NCBI GenBank assembly: GCA_964386765.1
Contig: CAYLUC010000003.1
Span: 20,595-84,594, forward strand
Direction of reading: 5' to 3'
Source: an uncultured Candidatus Poseidoniales archaeon
GTDB lineage: Archaea; Thermoplasmatota; Poseidoniia; Poseidoniales; Thalassarchaeaceae
DNA: 64,000 bases
Every line of letters begins with the position of its first letter. Within the stretch, counting starts at the first letter, position 1. A program made the translations under genes and the position numbers. Shown here one piece after another: positions 8,916 through 17,368 of this stretch. The notes below the pieces were generated by a model. The model saw only the letters and a list, made by a program, of their open reading frames with translations. It had not been told where the DNA came from and ran no database searches.

Positions 8916-11221
8916 TACTTCTTGCTCCCTTTCTTCCCCTGCTTCCTTTTTAGATTCTTGAGCTTAGAAATTAGATTGCTAGCATCAGATTTAGTAATCT
9001 CATCCTCTGTGGCCAAGTTCTCCATAGCAAGAATATCTGCCATGGGGATACCTAACTGTTCAGACATGTTCCTGACTAACTCCAACTGCGGTTCAGTAGC
9101 GGGCATGGCTGAGTTCGCATCCCTCATCATGCCAATTAATTTACTGGCACTTCCATCCCTACCACCTGTCAGATCTTCAATTTCCTTCGCATCAACCATC
9201 AACAGGGCATCAGAAATAGACATTCCCGATTTGTCAATTAGAGAAATAAGGTAACTTATCTGCTTCTCGCTTGCAGGTGGACCGCCATTTGTCAGTGAAA
9301 TATCATTTAGGGTGCCAATGAGATTGCTAGCCTCTTCCCCGGAGAGATCTTGAACGCTCCTGCCTTCTAGAAGAGCTTCCACTTGTTCATCCTCCAACCC
9401 GATCATCCTACTCTCGATGTAAGCCATTTGCTTGGGAGTCGGACTCAGTCTTCTGTATTCTATAGCCTTGTTATGCGCTTCTTTGAAGTCACTAGCGAAA
9501 TCACCCCATACTGCTGGTGCATCAATCGAGCCGAGCTCAATTTCGTCTAGGCTGCTTTCCATCTTAGCCGTGAACGAAGAGGACAATACATCCATACCAC
9601 CAGCCTTAGAACCATAAATTGGAGCGACTTCAATCCACAGCGTTCTTCCATCATTTGTTGGGAATAGTGAACTCCCCTCTGCCTCAACATACCCGCGGTC
9701 CTGAATTCTCTGTACTATACTGACATACGTCGACGGCCTTCCAATCCCAGCATCCTTCATCTGCTTAACTATGGAACTCTCAGAATATCTTCTCGGTGGC
9801 TTAGTTTCGTCGCTGGTTAGCAGGGGGTTTTCATCATCATCATCAATTATCCATTCCGCGCCTTCTTCCAGAGCAAAAATTGGCGGGCTAGTTCGGGGAT
9901 TGGATAGGAATTCAGAAGACGCAGCCTCCCACCCTGGATGAATCAACCATGATGCCGTTCCCGTGAGTACCTGCTCAATACCAGAAACGGTTGCACGCAG
10001 GTCGCGCCTTTCCCTTACGGATTCAGACATCTGACTGGAAGCAAACCTACTCCAAATTAGTCGGTACAGCTTCTTTCCATCGGCCTCGACCGACTCAATC
10101 ACCTCTGACTTTGGATTAGTTGGCCTGATAGCCTCATGCGCGTCTTGCACATTGGAACCCCCCTTCCTTGCATCTGAGCCCAATGAGCCTGGGCCAATGT
10201 AATCGGCACCAAATTTTTCTTTAATCAAACTCTTAACTTCATTTCTTGCGGTCTCACTTGTTCTCGTGGAGTCGGTTCTGATGTATGTGATGTGCCCTGC
10301 TTGATATAGATCAGAAGCAATCTTGCTGGTCTTGCTCATCGACCAACCCAAGGAAGAACTGGCAGTCTGAAGCAGTGTGTCAGTAGTAAATGGGGCAGGC
10401 GCCTTCCTCCTGTTCTTACCTTCCTTGACCGAGGAGATATGAAGGGTCCTTGAGTCAGAAATCGCCTCATGTGCACCTACTGCCAAATCCTCATCGAAAG
10501 TCCTGTCGGGAAAATGCTTTCCTTCGTCATCAGTCCATGCTGCATCATCATCCTTCTCGTGAAATCTCACCTTGAAGGAATAACCATCACATGTCGTTTT
10601 TACACTGTGGAAAGGGATGGGGATATGATTATCACGTTCAATTTCCCTTTCAACTATGAATCCAAGAGTCGGAGTCTGAACCCTGCCCATGGACTTGAGA
10701 TTCCAACTTCTGGCAAATTTGGAACACCTGTATCCAACAAGACGATCCATGAATCTACGAACCTTTGCCGCATCTACTAGGTTAGTATCAACACCTCGGT
10801 GATTAGACATTGCTTCTTCGACAGCTTCTTTGGTAATTTCATTGAAGGTGACCCTCCTGACTACTGGGAAGTCTGAGAATATTATGCTAAGTCTCCATGC
10901 AATGAATTCACCCTCTCTATCTGGGTCGGTTGCGATATAGACCTCTTCTACACCCTTCGAGGACGCCTTCTTGATAATTCCCGAAATAATTCCCTCAGCT
11001 CTCTGGGTCCATTCCCAGGGTGGATCCGGTAGGCTATTCTCATCAGAAGCCCACATTGCTTTGGAGCCTTGTTTACCACTTTTTCTCGTAGGCAAGTCCT
11101 GTACGTGACCGTTACAGGCCTCTACCATCCATCCCTTACCAAGATACTTCTTGACCGTCTTCGCCTTGGTTCCGGATTCAAGTATCATCAGCTTCATTGG
11201 TTCACACCCATAGTCCCACAT
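8915..11221 (-). CDS. topA: DNA topoisomerase I (type IA) with three C-terminal non-zinc helical repeats
   Basis: The Toprim domain reads 'KLMILESGTKAKTV...IATDPDREGE'. The catalytic 'IRTDSTR' motif is present. The C-terminal about 170 aa hold three roughly 50-aa repeats ending '...ASNLI..L', with no Cys, and a Lys-rich tail. Confidence 0.9.
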   Translation of the reverse strand: MWDYGCEPMKLMILESGTKAKTVKKYLGKGWMVEACNGHVQDLPTRKSGKQGSKAMWASDENSLPDPPWEWTQRAEGIISGIIKKASSKGVEEVYIATDPDREGEFIAWRLSIIFSDFPVVRRVTFNEITKEAVEEAMSNHRGVDTNLVDAAKVRRFMDRLVGYRCSKFARSWNLKSMGRVQTPTLGFIVEREIERDNHIPIPFHSVKTTCDGYSFKVRFHEKDDDAAWTDDEGKHFPDRTFDEDLAVGAHEAISDSRTLHISSVKEGKNRRKAPAPFTTDTLLQTASSSLGWSMSKTSKIASDLYQAGHITYIRTDSTRTSETARNEVKSLIKEKFGADYIGPGSLGSDARKGGSNVQDAHEAIRPTNPKSEVIESVEADGKKLYRLIWSRFASSQMSESVRERRDLRATVSGIEQVLTGTASWLIHPGWEAASSEFLSNPRTSPPIFALEEGAEWIIDDDDENPLLTSDETKPPRRYSESSIVKQMKDAGIGRPSTYVSIVQRIQDRGYVEAEGSSLFPTNDGRTLWIEVAPIYGSKAGGMDVLSSSFTAKMESSLDEIELGSIDAPAVWGDFASDFKEAHNKAIEYRRLSPTPKQMAYIESRMIGLEDEQVEALLEGRSVQDLSGEEASNLIGTLNDISLTNGGPPASEKQISYLISLIDKSGMSISDALLMVDAKEIEDLTGGRDGSASKLIGMMRDANSAMPATEPQLELVRNMSEQLGIPMADILAMENLATEDEITKSDASNLISKLKNLKRKQGKKGSKK

Positions 11222-11262
11222 CAGAATGCAGTGCTACGTTTTACCCGGGCTTAGTGAACCCC

Positions 11263-11269
11263 GTATAAA
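11263..11269 (-). promoter_or_regulatory. Candidate TATA box (TTTATAC) for topA
   Basis: An AT-rich hexamer lies about 45-70 nt upstream of the candidate topA start codons, on the coding strand. Confidence 0.3.
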
Positions 11270-11293
11270 CATGAGTGGGCTAGGATCGCCCCA

Positions 11294-11330
11294 ACGCGCG
11301 CGCGTGCAGGTGTGTGTGACGCGCGCGCGT
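11294..11330. repeat. Double palindrome ACGCGCGCGCGT-N13-ACGCGCGCGCGT; alternating Pu-Py, Z-DNA-prone and hairpin-capable
   Basis: A 12-bp self-complementary (CG)n unit is repeated directly after a GT-alternating spacer (GCAGGTGTGTGTG). Confidence 0.8.
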
Positions 11331-11346
11331 GAGAGGCAGAGGGTAG

Positions 11347-11754
11347 TTAGAGCGCCCTGGCTCCAACCTCATCCCAGATTTCTTGTGAACCAGGACCTCC
11401 ACAACCTACACATCCAGGGTAGCCGGCGTTAGCTAGGCCATCGATAATATCCAAAAGCTCACTCCAAATTTTTTCTATACTCTCATCTCCAATATTTATC
11501 CAACAAACTCCAATCTCTGGCTCAATATTAGCAATAGCAAATCCCAGTTCACCTTCCGAACTGAAATATATTCCGTCTTCAATACTGGACGTTTCAATCA
11601 TTGGCTCATTAATCATCGATGGGAGTTTGTCTGAAATACTTAGAATTAATCTATTGGCAGAGTCGAATAGTGTTTCAGGGATTGTCAGAGTCCCGCCATC
11701 GGATCTCAAGAGCCTCCTTGCGGCCTCGTACATAGACGCCCCCCAATCGCTCAT
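11347..11754 (-). CDS. Hypothetical protein (C-terminal 'GYPGCVGCGGPG')
   Basis: A 135-aa ORF lies between pyrD and topA. Its composition is acidic. Confidence 0.4.
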   Translation of the reverse strand: MSDWGASMYEAARRLLRSDGGTLTIPETLFDSANRLILSISDKLPSMINEPMIETSSIEDGIYFSSEGELGFAIANIEPEIGVCWINIGDESIEKIWSELLDIIDGLANAGYPGCVGCGGPGSQEIWDEVGARAL

Positions 11755-11807
11755 GTTACTGCGTGTAGTACGTAACTCTTGAAGGGTATAGCATCACGGC
11801 ACTGTTC

Positions 11808-12911
11808 ATGGGCATTGGTTGGAGTATGCTGGCCCGCCCAATGTTCAGTAGGATTGACTCCGAGAGGGCACATGGATTAGTCATCAAAACCCTCTCGGGT
11901 ATGGGGCAGACATCCGTGGGAATCAGGGCTCTTGACGCCCTATACCAGTCTCCCGAATTACCAACGCACGTTTTTGGCAGACTTTTCAGGCACCCACTTG
12001 GATTAGCTGCAGGAATGGACAAGGGGGCCAGTGCACTCTCAGCATGGCCAGCCCTCGGATTCTCATGGGTCGAGTATGGTGGAATCACACGTTTCCCACA
12101 AGAAGGAAATCCTAAACCCAGGATGTTCAGGGCCGATGCCGAACAAGCGTTGGTCAATAGTATGGGATTCAACAATCCCGGCGCTTCGTCAATTAGAGAC
12201 CGCCTAATCAAGAGGCGTGCCGCAGGAAAATGGCCGAACGTACCCGTGGCCGCAAACATTGGGAGATCAAAGAAGGTAGACAATTCACAAGCTCCATCGG
12301 ACTATTCCGCTACATTGGAGACTCTTTGGGACCATGCAGATATGTTTGTTTTGAACATATCTTCCCCGAATACTCCTGGTCTGAGGGACCTCCATGAGGA
12401 GTCTAGCCTCGGTTCTGTATTGTCGGCCTGTAACTCAGTTAGGGAAATGAAGGGCGGCGCAAAGCCAATTCTGCTGAAACTATCTCCGGATGCATCTGAC
12501 GAAGACCTCATTGCGTCTTCAGAAGAGGCACTGAGGAACGGAGTAGACGGAATTGTGGCCACCAATACTACTCTGAAGAGACCAATCCCGAAGAATACGA
12601 AATCTCGACACGCATTCGCACAGAATGGGGGCGTTTCTGGGAGGCCACTTCAGTCAAGGTCTCTGGAAGTAGTATCAATGTTGTTTGACTCCACCGATGG
12701 AAAGGTGCCAATAGTGGGGGTCGGGGGAATAGATTCAGCGGACTCGGCATGGAATTCAATAACATCTGGGGCCTCACTACTGCAGATGTACTCGGCTCTC
12801 GTCTTCAAGGGCCCATCCGTCGTCTCAGAAATTGTTCGTGGTCTAAGGTCTCGCGTTAGGGAAAACGGGTTCTCCAGTATCGATGAAGCAGTTGGTTACA
12901 ATAACGTTTGA
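11808..12911 (+). CDS. pyrD: Dihydroorotate dehydrogenase (quinone), class 2
   Basis: 'ERAHGL', 'LGLAAGMDKG', 'GFNN.G' and 'NISSPNTPGLR' match the class-2 membrane-associated DHODH. Confidence 0.85.
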   Translation: MGIGWSMLARPMFSRIDSERAHGLVIKTLSGMGQTSVGIRALDALYQSPELPTHVFGRLFRHPLGLAAGMDKGASALSAWPALGFSWVEYGGITRFPQEGNPKPRMFRADAEQALVNSMGFNNPGASSIRDRLIKRRAAGKWPNVPVAANIGRSKKVDNSQAPSDYSATLETLWDHADMFVLNISSPNTPGLRDLHEESSLGSVLSACNSVREMKGGAKPILLKLSPDASDEDLIASSEEALRNGVDGIVATNTTLKRPIPKNTKSRHAFAQNGGVSGRPLQSRSLEVVSMLFDSTDGKVPIVGVGGIDSADSAWNSITSGASLLQMYSALVFKGPSVVSEIVRGLRSRVRENGFSSIDEAVGYNNV

Positions 12912-12971
12912 TTACATGCAGAAAAGTCTTCAGTCAGACTCACTAGGGAAAGGTAGGAAAGGAGGGCGTCC

Positions 12972-13352
12972 ATGTCACTGACTAGGAAAAACAGACTATT
13001 TATTGCTGGGTTTTCTATGGCGCTATTGCTCATCTTGATGTTTGTATCAATCGAACCCCAAGTTCAGCATTCCGTCGACGAGGTGATGGATGATCCAAGT
13101 GCCTATGAGGGACCATTGCACGTGAGAGGTGAGGTTTCTACTGGAAGCCTCGACTCAGGAAATTTCAGCTTCACTATTTCAGGCATTAGCTATGCATTGA
13201 AGGTCGACTATTCCAGCACCGTAATTCCTGACGGTTTCGATGAGGGGAATATGATAGCAATAAAGGGAGACCTTCTCAACGACGAAGGATTATGGCTTCT
13301 GCACGCCCATGAAATTCAGACTGGCTGCCCTTCAAAGTACGAGGCAGCTTAG
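12972..13352 (+). CDS. ccmE: Cytochrome c-type biogenesis heme chaperone CcmE (CxxxY variant)
   Basis: The N-terminus 'MSLTRKNRLFIAGF' aligns with E. coli CcmE 'MNIRRKNRLWIA'. It has a TM anchor and an OB-fold body ('GEV.TGS', 'PD.F.EG'). The C-terminus 'CPSKY' replaces the canonical 'HDENY'. Confidence 0.8.
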   Translation: MSLTRKNRLFIAGFSMALLLILMFVSIEPQVQHSVDEVMDDPSAYEGPLHVRGEVSTGSLDSGNFSFTISGISYALKVDYSSTVIPDGFDEGNMIAIKGDLLNDEGLWLLHAHEIQTGCPSKYEAA

Positions 13353-13389
13353 TTTTCCCCTGCCCAATTATTTGAAAGGGATGAACGTC

Positions 13390-13720
13390 CCGGTTGTGTC
13401 GGGCTAGGGGGGGTGTTGACGTGCTCTGTTATTCACAAATCGTCGATAATGGTGACCTGAAGTCCGAGGGCGGCGTAGACGAGCCGCTGGCGACCCGCCG
13501 GTTGACGTCGACGCCTCGTCCCCAAGAGATGCAGGTTGTTGGAATTGGCTTCCGGAGGGGAGCCATGACCATCCTATGCCCGGGAACCAGGTCAGGCGCG
13601 GAAGCGAGCAGCCCGACCGGGGATGCTGGATGCCTTGGGAAAACGGGGCTGAGGAGATCGGTGAATTATCGCCAGTGGTGACGAACGTCCACCGAGGACG
13701 CGCCCACTAAAGTGGGACCC
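13390..13720 (+). ncRNA. ffs: Signal recognition particle RNA (7S/SRP RNA); ends approximate to about +/-20 nt
   Basis: The region is GC-rich and structured. It carries 'CCAGGTCAGGCGCGGAAGCGAGCAGCC', which matches the universally conserved SRP RNA domain IV/helix 8 (E. coli 4.5S CCAGGUCAGGUCCGGAAGGAAGCAGCC). Long complementary 5' and 3' arms are consistent with helix 5. Confidence 0.75.
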
Positions 13721-14183
13721 CTTCCAATCCACCCATTATGCACACTGTCTCGAAGCAGTGCTTGGGAACAGACTGCACAGACAACCTCTGCCCCTTCATG
13801 AGTAGGGGCATCCCCTCCAGTGCTGGATTCAACCTCATATCAGGGAGCGTGACAACTTCTGTCATAGCAGTTACAGCTTCTATGTCAACCATCATCCACC
13901 GAGGATTATCGGGTGTCGCCTTGGGATCGAAATACTTGGATGATGAATCCTGAGCAGTGAAGTCAGGATAGCCTTCCCTGCACACCCTGGCCACTCCAGC
14001 TACGTGAGGGGGCTTGCAATTTGAGTGGTAGAAAAGAACCAAGTCCCCAATTTTCATGAGATCCCTCATGGTGTTCCTAGCTTGGTAATTTCTCACACCA
14101 TCCCAGTGTGTCGTCCCGTCTTCCACTAGCTGCTCCCATGGGTACACATGGGGCTCGCTCTTCATCAGCCATAGCCCTGTCAT
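13707..14183 (-). CDS. EVE domain (PUA-like) protein
   Basis: 'WLMKSEP..Y', 'GDLVLFYHSN' and the size of about 150 aa are typical of EVE/PUA-like fold proteins. Confidence 0.7.
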   Translation of the reverse strand: MTGLWLMKSEPHVYPWEQLVEDGTTHWDGVRNYQARNTMRDLMKIGDLVLFYHSNCKPPHVAGVARVCREGYPDFTAQDSSSKYFDPKATPDNPRWMMVDIEAVTAMTEVVTLPDMRLNPALEGMPLLMKGQRLSVQSVPKHCFETVCIMGGLEGVPL

Positions 14184-14222
14184 GCACTATCGGCTGAATA
14201 CTAGGTGAATCAACGTGTCGAA

Positions 14223-17200
14223 TCACCAAACGTCGTCTGAGGAACCCAAAACCATAACAGCATCGATTACGTCAGCCTCGTCTCGGGCTATAGCTCTCCG
14301 AAGTCCTGCAGTCTTAACCATGGTATTCATGCCACCTGTCAAGCCAATATTGGCCTTTATCATGGCGGTGAATATTGCTGGAAGTAGGATCAATGCAGAA
14401 ACAGCAGCCACCAAAAGCAGGATAATAATTGTCGTCACGAAAGGTTTGATCGCTGCTATCGGAATAAGATAGGCACAAGTCATCCCAAATGCAGTTACTG
14501 TGACTGCCTCGAAGAGGCTCATACCAGTACTTGCACACGCGGTTTGTATGGCCTCTATTGTTCCCCCTTGCTCCTTTATTCTATTCGCTATGTGTATTGA
14601 GAAGTCAACACCAACACCAACCAGAATTGAGCCAATCATCACTGTCACAAGTGAAAGCGGAACATCCAGACTATCCATCGCTAGCCATTGCATCATCACT
14701 GTGAATCCGACGGGCATGGTGGTGAGCATCGCATACCTCACATCTCTGAATACCAGAGCCAAGGTCAGAACTGTGAATAGAAGCGCGAAGCCTAGTGACG
14801 ACCACTGTGAATTAACTATCAGATTATTTACCTCAATGGTGATTGAAGCAACACCGATAAGCGGCGTCGAATCGATCGCGCCATCGGTTTCTTGTGCGGC
14901 GTATTCATCGACCAACTCCACGGCCGCTGATGTTGCCTTTACATCCATGAACGGCATATCGATGTATATCAGACTCCTCTTGAAATCGGACGACATGAAA
15001 AGCCCCCTCATTTCGTCAGTCATGCTGTTGTAGAAAACATAGATTAGGAAATTTTGCGCCTGAATTCCACCAGTATCCTGCAGATCTAGATAGTTCATGG
15101 CACTCCAGAATGAGACGTTTCCAGATTGCTCGTTGTCGAAAATTAACCCTGCAACGTCTTTAATTGGATCTGGGAGGGGGGTGCCGTTGACCAAGTCATA
15201 TATCGGAGACCCTGTGACATTAACACCGACACCTATGGCTTTCATCAAGAAAACTATTGAAACAGCTGTTGTATTTTCCACAGAATTGCATTTAGTTTCT
15301 AACTGTGAAATACCTTCTAGATTGGCATAGGGATCACTTTGTTCTGCTTCCGCGTTGGGCAATGGATTGGGATCGGCCGAAATATCCCCCGTGATTAATA
15401 GGAAACCCGGTTGCCCAGCGTTGAATTCGTCCGAGTATACCCCCATCTTGTCTACGGCGTCCACACCAGCCGGGGCCATCTCCAGTAGGTCGATGTTCTC
15501 TTCCACGTTAGGTCTATTGATTCCAGCAGAAACGAGCATGGCGATAATGAATAATGCCAGAGTTACCCTAGTCCATTTGATTGGAGTCTCAACAGCCACC
15601 TGGAAGATCTTAGGAGGCGGGTGCGATGGCTTCTTTAGATCCAGCATCATTGTTAGATTGGGTACCATCAACATAGTCATAATGTAGACCACTACAATCC
15701 CGCCAGATAGTGCCCATCCAATGGTTTGTATGGGCTTCATAGGCACAAACGTAAGTGAGATAAAACCGATAATTGTAGTCAAAGCTGATAGCAAAACCGC
15801 TCTACCTGTAGAGCTCAGTGCCTCTGACATCTTCTCCCTTGGTGATCCCTTACATTCTGCGTACCTATTGGTGATGTGCAGTCCGTAGGATACCCCTAGG
15901 GCTAGGACTATTGGCCCTACAATAATGACTGTCATGGTGACTTCATAATCAGTCAAACCTATCATTCCAAGCGTTATCCAGACAGAGCATAATGTGGGAA
16001 GCCCCGAGATTATTACAACCTTGATCCCCTGAACAAGGCGAATTCTTCCAGTCTGCAGTAAGTCACAGTGGAAGATGAACAGGCCAAAGGCAACAAGAAT
16101 CACGCCGACCGGGAAAACGCCCCAGAACAGTTTGAAAGACTCTTCTGTGATTGCGTTAGTGAGTGGAACCGGGCCAGTGAGGGTCATCCTTAGATCGAGA
16201 TATCCCTGCTCTTCACAATAATCCTCGTTTTCTTCTGCATCGGGATTCAGTTCTCTACCTTCTTCGTCTCTGCAGACCCAATTGTTCTCTATAGATATCC
16301 TCTTGATTTCGCTTGAAACATAGTCGATGTAGTCGCTAGTGTCATCCTCGCCGTCCCCATCCATGTCCACTAGGCTTGTTATTCCTATGATTATCACGGC
16401 CCTATTCCAGTGGCCAGCAGTCTCATTCACATCATTCCCTACATCTCTGACAAGCTTATCGAGGGCATTCTGTGGCATTTCATCTAGGATCTGATCCACC
16501 CTTTCCTGTTCGTCAGGGATTGAATAGTCTCCAATCAAGTTAGACTGGCCGTCAACCGTATCATTCACGAGTTCCGAAAGCTCGCTACTACCAGTCGCTT
16601 CAGCTACCCCAGAGAAGAATGCCTTGACTACCCTTCCACCACTCGAGTTGACTTCCTTGACTACGGTGGAAACCGAAAGTACGTATATCACGAAGTCGTC
16701 TTCGCCGGCGTCGTTTCTATGTGTATTGAGGCTGTTCTCCACTAAATCCAATTGTGTCAGGATGGGGAGCTTGTCAACCCCAGTGGTATTCGACTCTACA
16801 TAAACTACCATGACATTAGTCGTCCAGTCTTGTTCGACATCTTCGATTTGGGCCTGAACTTCGGATCCTTGTGGCAGGTATATGGCCATATCACCGTTAA
16901 CGTTCAGGGCACCCTCGTCGCTGCACCAGTCCGGGTTATATCCGTCTCTGCAGTCGTTAATGCCGGAATGTATTGAGAAGAATCCAGTAATTGCGAGACA
17001 AATAACTACAGTAATCACTGGGACCTTGGTTATGATATCACTAACAGTGGAATCCAGGAGGTTTCGCTTAATTGCGTTGGGCGCCCTCCTTACCGCCTTT
17101 GAAACGGAACCAGCGTCCATAGCTCCAAGGGCCCCCCTAAGTCCAGCAGTCTTCCCTTTCACGAAATTTACTGCTGTTTCGAACATTGCGGAGACGCTGA

Positions 17201-17279
17201 ATCTACGCTCCTCTCTTCCTTCGTCCATCTCAATACAGAGTTTGCTGACTGAGGAGGGGACTTCAACCCCTCGCCACAT
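14223..17279 (-). CDS. RND/MMPL-superfamily membrane transporter
   Basis: This is a 1018-aa protein. Two 5-6 helix TM bundles are each preceded by a large soluble domain, which is the RND/SecDF/MMPL architecture. Confidence 0.6.
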   Translation of the reverse strand: MWRGVEVPSSVSKLCIEMDEGREERRFSVSAMFETAVNFVKGKTAGLRGALGAMDAGSVSKAVRRAPNAIKRNLLDSTVSDIITKVPVITVVICLAITGFFSIHSGINDCRDGYNPDWCSDEGALNVNGDMAIYLPQGSEVQAQIEDVEQDWTTNVMVVYVESNTTGVDKLPILTQLDLVENSLNTHRNDAGEDDFVIYVLSVSTVVKEVNSSGGRVVKAFFSGVAEATGSSELSELVNDTVDGQSNLIGDYSIPDEQERVDQILDEMPQNALDKLVRDVGNDVNETAGHWNRAVIIIGITSLVDMDGDGEDDTSDYIDYVSSEIKRISIENNWVCRDEEGRELNPDAEENEDYCEEQGYLDLRMTLTGPVPLTNAITEESFKLFWGVFPVGVILVAFGLFIFHCDLLQTGRIRLVQGIKVVIISGLPTLCSVWITLGMIGLTDYEVTMTVIIVGPIVLALGVSYGLHITNRYAECKGSPREKMSEALSSTGRAVLLSALTTIIGFISLTFVPMKPIQTIGWALSGGIVVVYIMTMLMVPNLTMMLDLKKPSHPPPKIFQVAVETPIKWTRVTLALFIIAMLVSAGINRPNVEENIDLLEMAPAGVDAVDKMGVYSDEFNAGQPGFLLITGDISADPNPLPNAEAEQSDPYANLEGISQLETKCNSVENTTAVSIVFLMKAIGVGVNVTGSPIYDLVNGTPLPDPIKDVAGLIFDNEQSGNVSFWSAMNYLDLQDTGGIQAQNFLIYVFYNSMTDEMRGLFMSSDFKRSLIYIDMPFMDVKATSAAVELVDEYAAQETDGAIDSTPLIGVASITIEVNNLIVNSQWSSLGFALLFTVLTLALVFRDVRYAMLTTMPVGFTVMMQWLAMDSLDVPLSLVTVMIGSILVGVGVDFSIHIANRIKEQGGTIEAIQTACASTGMSLFEAVTVTAFGMTCAYLIPIAAIKPFVTTIIILLLVAAVSALILLPAIFTAMIKANIGLTGGMNTMVKTAGLRRAIARDEADVIDAVMVLGSSDDVW

Positions 17280-17368
17280 ATATCACTACCAATGCGGTTA
17301 GAACAGGCCCGCCGTAGGCGGGAACAGTCAAGAACGGGAGTTCTCAGGGCCGATATCGAGGAGATTTA

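Noticed and set aside
11756-12283. 175-aa minus-strand ORF
   Set aside because: It is antisense to the well-supported pyrD gene and has no motifs. It is a typical shadow ORF.
13394-13681. 95-aa plus-strand ORF (MCRARGGVDVLCYSQ...)
   Set aside because: It lies entirely within the GC-rich SRP RNA gene. The ORF arises from G/C-rich structured RNA sequence and has Arg/Gly-rich composition.
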